A stretch of DNA of 64,000 nt from Bugula neritina (lineage: Eukaryota > Animalia > Bryozoa): NCBI GenBank assembly GCA_964035545.1, contig OZ037773.1:151551-215550 (forward strand). The letters run 5' to 3'. Positions 34,901-46,100 of the stretch are shown here, piece by piece. Under the pieces are notes generated by a model, which saw nothing but the letters and a program-made list of their open reading frames with translations, had not been told where the DNA came from and ran no database searches. Position 1 is the stretch's first letter. Each line of letters opens with the position of its first letter. The position numbers and the translations under genes were made by a program.

Positions 34901-37900
34901 TACTGTGTGTTAGTTAGTAGTACTGTGTGTTAGTTAGTAGTACTGTGTGCTAGTTAGTAGTACTGTGTGCTAGTTAGTAGTACTGTGTGCTAGTTAGTAG
35001 TACTGTGTGCTAGTTAGTAGTACTGTGTGCTAGTTAGTAGTACTGTGTGCTAGTAGTACTGTGTGCTAGTAGTACTGTGTGCTAGTTAGTAGTACTGTGT
35101 GCTAGTTAGTAGTACTGTGTGTTAGTTAGTAGTACTGTGTGTTAGTTAGTAGTACTGTGTGCTAGTTAGTAGTACTGTGTGCTAGTTAGTTGTACTGTGT
35201 GCTAGTTAGTAGTACTGTGTGCTAGTAGTACTGTGTGCTAGTAGTACTGTGTGCTAGTAGTACTGCGTGCTGGTTAGTAGTACTGTGTGCTAGTTAGTAG
35301 TACTGTGTGTTAGTTAGTAGTACTGTGTGCTAGGTAGTAGTACTGTGTGCTAGTTAGTAGTACTGTGTGTTAGTTAGTAGTACTGTGTGCTAGTTGATTG
35401 TGAGACTAGCTGTTCAGCTATGCCAGGGTCTAACTTGGTTAAAATGATAGAAGGAAACTCTTATATGGGAAAGATAAGCTAAGTTTCATTAAACGTTTAT
35501 ATTGACATGTGTTGCTCTCAACATCAGTATCGTAAACTCCCCTTTCCCCACTCGAAATAGTGAGGTATAAGTTTAATATGGTAAGTGATAGAGCATATGT
35601 GTGTGCAGATTTATTCTATTTTAAACACCACATCTCATAGTTAGATAATTCAGTTGGTGCTGTAGAGCTTTCAAATGCTATCTGGAGCAATTTAATTTTA
35701 TTCATCCCCCCCCCTCCCCTTTAGTGTTTTAGCTCACCTCTGATAATCAGCCATTATGATGGGTTTGCTGTACATAGTTACTCAAAGCTCAGCATTTCCG
35801 ACTATAATCAGCTATAATATGCATTGCATAGCTGGTTTAGTGAGGGAATATGCTATGCCTGTGCCGTACTAACTTGGCAACCTACACAGTCCATAACTAG
35901 GCTCGTGATTGATGGCCTTTACAACATACTCCGGTGTAGCCTCACTATGATAGCAGATAGTATTCTACCAACTATCGCACTAGGTGTTGCCCATCTCCGA
36001 ATACAGCTTGAAGAGAAATTCATTGGCCCAATGTAGTTGATTTCGGAAGATATTGTCTGCTGGCTCTTTCTGTTACACCAGGCCACATTGCTTAACCCCC
36101 TAGGGCCTAGACACACTGCTTGGCACATGACATCCTAAACTCATAGGGACAGCCTACTCTGTAGGCTATGCTGTGTAGAGCAAGTTGAAGGATGCTAAGT
36201 CATGTTTTATTGATCAAATAGGGAGGAATGTTTCAACAGGAGTAGTTTATTTATTCAGTGTGTTTTAGTAACAAGTAGGTCACGTGACTCCATAGTTTAG
36301 CATGTAATCAGGGACTAACGTGCTACACTTACATGTACATGTAGCCTGTTTTACACAATAATATAACAACCTTCTACAAAATATCATAGATTCCCACTTC
36401 CTCTCCTTAACTTCTTGCTCTCCTGGTTTTCAGTCTATACAGCTATCTGCAGTTATTTATAGCTATATCTGCAGTTATTTATAGCTATATCTGCACAGCT
36501 ATTTATAGCTATATCTGCAGTTATTTATAGCTATATCTCCAGTTATTTATAGCTATATCTGCAGTTATTTATAGCTATATCTCCAGTTATTTATAGCTAT
36601 ATCTCCAGTTATTTATAGCTATATCTCCAGTTATTTATAGCTATATCTACAGTTATTTATAGCTATATCTCCAGTTATTTATAGCTATATCTACAGTTAT
36701 TTATAGCTATATCCGCACAGCTATTTATAGCTATATCTACAGTTATTTATAGCTATATCTACAGTTATTTATAGCTATATCTGCACAAATGTTTATAGCT
36801 ATATCTGCATAAATGTTTATAGCTATATCTGTACAAATGTTTATAGCTATATCTACAGTTATTTATAGCTATATCTGCAGCTAATTATAGAAAGTGGGCG
36901 CAGTAATGGAGGAAGGCTGTGTTTTAGATTGAAATTAATGAACTTGGGTTATTAAAATTTTCCTCACTCCTGCACCAAATAATTTATTAGCTCTTAGTCA
37001 TGAGATAGAACATTACATGAAGAGACAAATCTTATTTACTACCCTCTAGAGTCTAGTGCCTTGTATCACACACTCAACTCATCCCCTATTTATTAGATGT
37101 ATTATGTACAACACTTCAACACTCAGTTTGTTCTTTCAATAGATCTTTCGGCATGTTTTGAGGTTGCAAGTTAAGCTTTGATATACCAGAAAGTTATAGA
37201 GTTATTCTAAATATTTTCCCTGGTGACTTGAATGAATTCATCTTTACTGAGTCAGACTTTTTAGTAGTCACAGATGTTGCGTCAGTTGTGAGTCAAACTA
37301 CCACCAGTTGTATATCAATAAGCAGGAAGAAATTATAGAAATGTGAATATGTCACCAGATATATTCCATGCTGGTACTATCTAGTTAGTGCTCTAATTAG
37401 AGAATTCAATTTATGTACCACTACACTACTACTACTATGTACCACTACACTATTACTACTATGTACCACTACACTATTACTACTAACTACTATGTACCAC
37501 TACACTATTACTACTATGTACCACTACAGTCTTACTACTATGTACCACTACACTATTACTACTATGTACCACTACACTATTACTACTATGTACCACTACA
37601 CTACTACTACTATGTACCACTACACTATTACTACTATGTACCACTACACTAGTACTACTATGTACCACTACACTAGTACTACTATGTACCACTACACTAC
37701 TACTATGTACCACTACACTAGTACTACTATGTACCACTACACTACTACTATGTACCACTACACTACTACTACTGTCTCAGTATTGTGTAGACAACTGTCT
37801 TCCTGACAGTCACCATTCCCATGTAAGACTTTCTTGCATTCTCCAGCCACCATCTTCATCCAAATGTGGAAAGTACAATCCATCTCTCCTATTGCACTGT

Positions 37901-38868
37901 TAAGTTGTACCACCTATCTGATATTAACTACAATGTAGACCTCAAAACATTCCAACTTCTGTAAATGTAAATTCCAAAATATTTACTCTCAAACCAATGA
38001 TTTCAAGTTCTGGAAAGAACTAATTTTAAAATATGACTTGACAAAAATAATGTTCAGCTATACAGAGCTAAACCCAGAGCTGGTTAGTTGAGAGGAATGT
38101 GCTCGTCTCTTGTTTATGAAAATAATGTTAGTTGTTATATCAGCTGAGATGGATGGTCTCTTCCTGTCTCCACATATTGTTGTATTTTACTTTCTGCTAT
38201 GGATGTTGTATTCCCCCTGCAGTGTTTTTCTGTACTATTGTATGTATTTATCTAAGTTACTATTTAATTTTTAATATTGGTCCTTTGTTTATTTGTAGCA
38301 CTTACAAAGGCTCAAACACAGCAAAAGGTAAATTATTTATTATATCAGAATATTTGTTATTTAGTTGTGGCAATTCCATGCAGCAGTAGATTGTAGTGAA
38401 GCTCTCTCTAGAAAGTTTCATGTGTACAGCAAGATAGTCGTGGGTTGCTCTAGTCCTCACCAAATTATACCAAGACTTGGTACTTTTTGTTTTTTAGTAA
38501 TGGAAGTTGGTCATTGGAGTTAATGTAGTTTCCTCATCAAACTGTACTTCAGCTTATTGTACTTTTATTTACCTTCTTTTGATGCTTTTCATGACATTCA
38601 TCTGTTGGTACAAAGTGTGGACGTTGATAGTGTGTGCGATTCTTTCTAGCATAAAGACGATCCCATCATATACGCTGACTTGGACCTGAAGTCCCAACCT
38701 CGAGCACTGATTACCAAGCCAAGTGGAGACGCTCCCTCCGACGCTGTCTTGTACACTTCTATCGATCACCTCAAGACGAAAAGGCTGAAGGACCAGCTGG
38801 ATGAGCCCTCAATCCCTACCACAGCGCCGCCGCCCCCTCCACTCTATGGCAATGTCACTGATAACTGA
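24046..38868 (+). CDS. Type I membrane IgSF receptor, 3 Ig-like domains, ITIM-containing cytoplasmic tail (~511 aa)
   Basis: Phase-consistent exons 24046-24103 (signal peptide), 26268-26681, 27269-27379, 27797-27937, 28038-28268, 28364-28546 ([26 protein letters not shown]), 29469-29492, 30449-30500, 32497-32570, 38299-38327, 38650-38868 (IIYADL, VLYTSI, PPLYGNV); total 1536 nt. The cytoplasmic micro-exons are less certain. Confidence 0.82.
24611..25321. mobile_element. MITE copy 1 (GATCGATCT-rich subterminal repeats), right end truncated
   Basis: Colinear with 25326-26116; left end AATCACTGGCTTTCCATG. Confidence 0.75.
25326..26116. mobile_element. MITE copy 2 with TIRs and TTAA flanks
   Basis: TCAC(G/C)GGCTTTCCA.GTACCGATCTCAGATC inverted at both ends; TTAA at 25322-25325 and 26117-26120. 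Confidence 0.82.
28869..28969. repeat. (TA)n microsatellite
   Basis: Direct inspection. Confidence 0.95.
30726..31503. mobile_element. PIF/Harbinger-like MITE
   Basis: TIR CTGC.TGTACACAGGCCGATTTT at both ends; no coding capacity; superfamily assignment tentative. Confidence 0.75.
33255..35400. repeat. Intronic minisatellite, 16/20-bp unit TAGT(TAGT)AGTACTGTGTGC, with an 860-bp higher-order duplication
   Basis: Variant units recur 860 bp apart (33641/34501, 33811/34671, 34411/35271, 34471/35331). Confidence 0.95.
36440..36890. repeat. ~22-bp minisatellite AGTTATTTATAGCTATATCT(G/C/A)C
   Basis: Direct inspection. Confidence 0.93.
37413..37773. repeat. 21/24-bp minisatellite TATGTACCACTACACTA(T)TACTAC
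   Basis: Direct inspection; explains the MYHYT and V/S-rich spurious ORFs. Confidence 0.93.
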
Positions 38869-40157
38869 TAGACTGAGTACCAGTGGCAGCCTGGATATCC
38901 TATCTGTAACTTGTGTCGTATGCTTTTCGCTCTCAGACTACTTCCAAGTCATTGTCAATTATATTCAGTTTATTTGTGGTGTCAAGGTCAAGTTAGCTGA
39001 ACCTAGAGCCAACCTTGTGATTCAGTAAACATCACATATTAAATTGGAGATTTTGAAAATATTCTCCACTCAAAGGAGCATTAAAAGTTTCTAAAACTGA
39101 ATAAAAATCAGTATAATAAAGAGTAATTAATGCTTTTAGTAGAATCTTCTCCACAAAATAATTTTCCCATTGTAATTTGTTGGTCATGCTTTTGTCTTAC
39201 TATAGTGGATATTTTATATATGATTATGCTGCCCCTCCCCTCAGGATCTGTTTGCATTCTGGAGGTGGTTGAAACTGTCTGTGCTCAGTTAAAGCCTTAC
39301 TTTAACAAAAATAGCTTTTGTGTTAATATTTATAATTATACAAACAGACTTCTCTGCACACTGTCTTTGTCATTTTAACTTTATTGTGTAAAGAATTGTG
39401 ATTCAACTGCCTATCATATCAACTAGAGTTACATAATCACATTCTTCTCCACTTATATCACTTCTTTTATATATTCATTTTTACATTTCAATAAATAGAG
39501 TGAATCAAAACTGAGTTACGATTTGTCATACATATAAATTTATTATATAAATAAAAGATATTTTTATAAACTAGCAAACTAATTCTTTTCTATAATATAT
39601 TATAGAATCTTTCTACATAATTATTTATTTTATTGCACTGTTGAGCAAATTATAACATTACTAGAAGAATCTTGCTGCAGGCAAAATACACCAGCTAGCC
39701 GTGTTTAATGCACGGTGAGAGATCCCTAGAGTTGTGGGATTATTTTTAAAATGCAGGTACTAGTGAGGAAAATGCACAGGACTTTCAGTGAGTTCCAACA
39801 CCCAGAGATGGTGGGCAGAGTAGAACCTGCGCTGGTAAATGTGGTGAATCTCACATCTGTGAACATCACTGACTGAGAAGTGGATATTCTTCAACTCCAA
39901 CGACTTCCGTAAAACTAGTGAGCAGAACTAGGGGTTCAGTCCTTATACCCTAACATACCCCCCTACATATTCCACTCCTGTAACTAACGTACGTGCTCCA
40001 GTCTGTGGAAGACTGGTATCCACATAATTCAAGTTGCTCAATGATAGCATAACTCTCCAACTGTGAAGGTAAAAACCAGAAGACAAGTAATGCACCATTC
40101 TTGAGTAGAGACAATCGAATAAATAGAACATTGGAATAGTTTAGGAATGCCCACTCT

Positions 40158-43100
40158 TCACTTCCTCAGCTTCTTGGAGGGCTTTTTAGTCGAAGGCCAC
40201 CAGGACATTTTATACTCCAGAGTGTCTTTGAGGAGTTTCTCCTCGGCTGGTGTGAACTCTAGTAAGACGGCAAGAGCTTTCACAAGGTGCAGCGACTCGG
40301 AGTCTGTACTCATGAGGAAACTAAACACAACGTTTTTCAGATACTCAAAGTTTATATCCTTGTGGCCACAGAAACCATTCACCTGCAACATACAATAGTA
40401 GACACAGTATAGCCCCAGTTCCGCTGTGCAGCTGAAATTCTGTTTCTAGTGAGTTGATTAGTTGCCAAATCATCGCAACTTTCGTTGCAGCATATTCATT
40501 AGAAGACAGGTTTTAATAATTTGGAATGAGAAATGTCCACAGCTGGCCGAACACTAAACCTGCAGAAATGTGGGTTTTAGCTTTGCTTGGGTCTATAAGT
40601 ATTGGTTTGGAATAATCACTTAAATTCATAGTCTGACAACTGTTTATGTCAAACAGTTCATCTATAACTACTTGAGGGAGGGTGCTGTTGTCACTAACTT
40701 ACCCCCCCCCCCATGAAGTTAGATTAAAGGCCTATTTTGGTCTTGATGGCAATACCTAAGAGTTGCAACAGCAGTGGAATACAATAGAGCACCTGCTACA
40801 TGGTGTTAACATGGCACTTGGTATTTGTTAGCTCTACTTCGCTGAGATAACCAAATAAGGTTCATTGGTTGTGATAACACTAGTCAACAGTTTGTTTCAT
40901 AACTTCCTGGTTCAACACTTCAATGAGCACAACACCACAGTTCTTCAGCCATATTGTGTTGAAACCAGCAACACTTACACAATCAAACTCCATATCTAAT
41001 ATGATATCAAAACTCTGTTGCCATAGAGACAAATAAACAAGCTTCAAACAGTATTTCCTTGTTTTGTAACACTGCAGTAACTACAGCAGGAACTGGTAAT
41101 GCAACAGCCAAGTTTAAAGCGGAATGAACAAACATGTGTCATCACTTCTCAGTTACACTACACTAACAAATAACCCAATAATAACCACTCCAAAAATCAC
41201 TAAAGTTTCTTCAAAAGCTGAACATGCAATGTGTGAAATTGGAAGAATGAATTATTGGTGAGTCATTAATGACCACTTCACAGAAAATAAGAAAGGTCGT
41301 GACCTCCACCTTAGAAGCTGACTACAAGTTAATGTGGGCTTTCATTCCACTAGTGACTAGTTGAACTACCATCTTATGCAGGTAATAATTGAGCTGATAT
41401 GGACTAGTAAATACACCTGTGGATGTATCAGTTTCTACTCATAAACAGTAATGGTATGTATATAACAGCACGTAATAATCTACTGATTACTTGAATGTTA
41501 CTTATCGATTTCCAATAGTGAGTCACACATCTAATGACACACTGTAATGGTATAGTAGGGCAGAAACGAGGCTGTGCTATCAATGCAGTACAACTGTACT
41601 TTGACCTAGATTGTGTTGAATTGATGTCACAACAAAACTGCTAGTCACGAAGAATGACTCACTATTGTGATGAAATAGGGAATGTAAGCTAAATTTGAAT
41701 CACTAAGCGTTGCTCAATTGAAACAAAAGAAAGTATTCAGGCAGTTGAAAAGGTTTCTTCTACTCCCAATGGAATCCAGTCAATAGCTGAGAGCCCACTA
41801 ATAAAGGCATCACAGTTTAGCAACACACTTCTCATAACAAAACTACATCAGCTAAACTCCACAGTTCTACTATAAACTTGTAGAATTTCTATACCACTCC
41901 ACCTTTCCTACATTAGCCTTAAAATACAAAACACGTTAACGATTCAACTCCCTTAAATCTAGTATCTGGCCAAACAGTATATAATGTTACTTGCAGAGAA
42001 TACACAATATAACATTCTGCACCGACTGAGAGAAGAACCGACAACCCACACTGCATTACAAGAGAGTAACAATTCTGTAGCAACACCAAACTATCGCCAG
42101 CTCTAACAAGCAATGCAGGAGATAGGAAGTGTATGAGAGAACTTGGCCCTGTGTGTCGCTACTCTCTTGACATGTGTGACAGCTAATACAAACATTTAGA
42201 CATCAAAGAGACATCAAAGAGATAAAGTGAAGCTAGAGAGGAAATACCCAGTACTGAGTACTCAACTGTTTCTGTGGGAATCCATTGAGTTGTCTTCCCA
42301 CATAATTGCTATCAAACTTCAAATATTTCTGAACTAGGCACTCTCTCCAGAACTTTCTAACCAATTGAAACGACAGCCTTAATTACCATGAAGTTATATT
42401 TCCACAACTGCAGCTGTTAAGAGCAGGACTTCTAAATATTCTAAGCTCATTATAGTAAGCAGAACTTTACCAAACATAATTTAGGTGTGTGTTCTCTCAC
42501 CTCATGCCTGTACTGCTGTGTCAAGCCTCTATCTGCAGGTTTAGTCTGAGTTCTTAGTGTGGTGGGTACAGGTGGTGGGGTATTATCTTCCACTGGAGAG
42601 TCGTACCTGTAATAACACAAGGGCCTCTTGCTATAGTCCCATATATTCACCCAATCCTATAGTATAACATTAGAATAGAAAGTGAAACTATATGGATAGA
42701 TAGAGCAGTTCCATTCGGATAGCAACTCGGTATTTAAACCATGGCTACAGACAATAATTGTATGTTCCTCAGGTATGCCTGAAAACTGGTAACACCGGAA
42801 TTTAGAATATAAACATAGCCAAGTATCCTTAAACATTGCATTTGTACACAATATCCTGGTTACATATAACCACACAGGCATGTATTATATACACGCGCGC
42901 ACAGGCACACATTTCCCTTAACCAGTCATCTTGACTAACCTTTCGAGGTCGGTGAGAGAGGGAATGGAGCGCACCCTTTCCAGCAGCTTACTAGGGCTAG
43001 AGTCCCTGTGGCTAAGTTTAGAGTTATCCCCGAGACCTCTCAACTCTCGTTTAATTGTCTTTTTGAGATCATTGATTGTCTGTTGCTGAATTTTGAGAGA

Positions 43101-46100
43101 TTTATTCCTGTCAGAAATTGTCTTCTCCTGCCTAGAGAGCTCAGTCTTCAAACTCTCACTGTAATCATTCAAACACTTGAATATGCGTTTTTACTTTGAC
43201 TTTAGAATTTCCAGTCCACTCAGAATTTCTACATGTAATTAATTTTGCAGAGGAATCTTATGAAAAGAATGATATCAATGATAATATAAACTAGGAGTGA
43301 ATCAGCGCTCCTTAGTAAATACATAGAAGTGAAAGACCAAGTACCTGTCTCTTTAAGTAGTGTGTATCTGTATCATTAATCTCACGGTATCCCTATTCTC
43401 CCCCCCCCCTCCCCACCTCCCCCTCCCGGCGTATGCAATTGAACACTTAAAATATCAATCTTACAATTTATATAGCAGCATGAGCATGCAGTAGACTCAT
43501 ATCAGTAGGAGTTATCTTATCTATATTAGGCGAGCAAACAACTTCAAAATTCAACTAACTGCCAGTATAAGAAATGGTGACTTCTTTCTAGACATTCGAT
43601 ATAAGAAGTTTACTGTTAGCAGAGGGAAAGACTTTTTGTGTAATTTTACAAAAATCCACGCCTTACATTCCAAGATAATTAGAAAATTAGATAGTATGAC
43701 AGCTGAGATGTTTGTCATATTGTTTCTATTTCTATTCACAAAACTTGCCAAAACATGGACTATAGCAGGTGGTACCTTTGTCTAGTCTAATCAGCTCAGT
43801 AAAAGGTAAGCATCTCAAACAGGGCACTTGCTTGCTTGAGCTCGAAAATTCTAATTCATAGTCTCACTACTATTACATAGTCACACTACTATTACATAGT
43901 CACACTACTATTACATAGTCACACTACTATTACATAGTCACACTACTATTACATAGTCACACTACTATTACATAGTCACACTACTACTACATAGTCACAC
44001 TACTATTACATAGTCACACTACTATTACATAGTCACACTACTATTACATAGTCACACTACTATTACATAGAGCCTTGACTATTGCCAAGTCATAAGAATA
44101 TTGGTTACTGACTCACATTTCTGAAACCTTTTCATCTAGCTCTTTCTGTATAGCCTCAGAGCTGAAAAGTTGACCTTCTAAGAGAGTTATCTTCTCTTGT
44201 AAAGTTTCATGCTCTTGCCTGGCAGAATTTCCCCTTACCTCTATGGTAATGAAGTAGAACATTACTAGTTACACAGTGCTGCATTGCCAGAAATTAGCTT
44301 CATATTATATAACTCCATTTACTAACTAGTGCTGAGTGAAACTGTAAACTCAAAGAGGGAGTAGCTCACCATTTGCTTGTAGCTTCTCCTGCAACTCCAC
44401 AACTGTCTGCTGATGGGTAGCCTGTGCAGACTTGAGTTCTATTTTACATTTCTCTAGTTGGGAGGAGAGCTCTGCATTTCTCAAGTACAGTTCATCAGTC
44501 TCTGTGAACCAAATCTAAGATTTTATAATTGAATACCAGCTCTGCTATCTATGCAAGCACTATACTAGACAGTAACTAGTAGTACTAGTGACTATGTAGT
44601 ACTCATTACTAGACAGTAACTAGTAGTACTAGTGACTATCTAGTACTCATTACTAGAAGTACAGTTCTCCCTCCGTATTTAACTAGGCTGTGGATCCCGA
44701 AACTTTGATTCGTGACATTAAAATACAATATTTAACTCATGGATCCTTTGAATTTGGCAATTTTTTCTTTACACGCAGTACAGAGTACACACAGTACAGA
44801 GTACACACAGTACAGAGTACACACAGTACAGAGTACACACAGTACAGAGTACACACAGTACACAGAGTACACACATACATGAGTCACGAGGTCCAAGCCC
44901 TTCCCATGACCAATAGAAGTTAAAAAGAACTAGAAATGTGAGATATGGAGGGAGCACTGTAGTAGCAGCACCACCACTACTACTACTACTACCAGTACTA
45001 CCGCTAATACTACCAGTACTACTACTACCACTACGACTACCACTACCACAACTACTACCACTACTACTACCACCACTACTACCACCACCACTACCACCAC
45101 CACTACCACCACCACTACTACTACCACTACCACCACTACTACCACCACTACCACCACCACTACTACCACTACTACTACTACTACTACCACTACTACTACT
45201 ACTACCACTACTACTATCAGTGCTACTACTACTAATACTACTACTACCACTATTACTACCTGCACTAACAGTCTCCAAGTTTCTCTGCACTTCCTGTAGA
45301 CTTTGAGTAAGATTTTCTTTATCAGTCTTCAACCTAGATACTTCCAGTTGCAGCCCCTCAATCTGATAAGAAAAGTAAACGGATTAAGAATGATTGTGAA
45401 GATTTCATGAAGTGAGCACAGTTAGCAATCACGATTGTTTTCATCTACAAAATACACATGCTAAAACTTGAACACACAATACCCTTTATTAACAGCACAC
45501 TATTATATAATAATATCACAGCTAATAACATTGTAATAATCACATTGCAGATATTATATAACCCAGCAGGTAGAATCCACATGCCTGTTCATTCAATCTT
45601 TCTTCTGTGACTTTAGTCTCTGCTGCTACAGCCAAGGAGCTGTCCTTCAGCTTATTAATTACTGACTCTTTGGAAGAGAGGAGAGTGTTCAACTCGTCTA
45701 CTTCCTTCCTCTTAGACCTCTCCAGCTGCCGCAACTCCCCTAGCAACAATGTAAACAAATATGTAGTCACCTAGCAACAATGTAAACAAATATGTAGTCA
45801 CCTAGCAACAATGTAAACAATATAATATAATTATGTACGCTGAGGCAGCAAAGAAAATACATAAAATTCAAAAATACTCAAACATAATATGAATTTATAA
45901 TTAAGAAAACACAAGAAATGTAAAATATTCCATCTAGATAGGATTAAGTCTAGAAACTCTATCGAATATTCATGAAACATACAAAGATATGTGAACATCT
46001 GTACTCAGAGTCCGTAGTACGAATTGAAACAAGTCAAAATCTACCTCTGACAGTAGAGAGCTGCTCATGGAGGTCACTGAGTTGCTTCTCGTCATCGAGC

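Noticed and set aside
33255-35400. Regular repeat array as a possible CRISPR array
   Set aside because: No unique spacers, no cas genes, eukaryotic intron context
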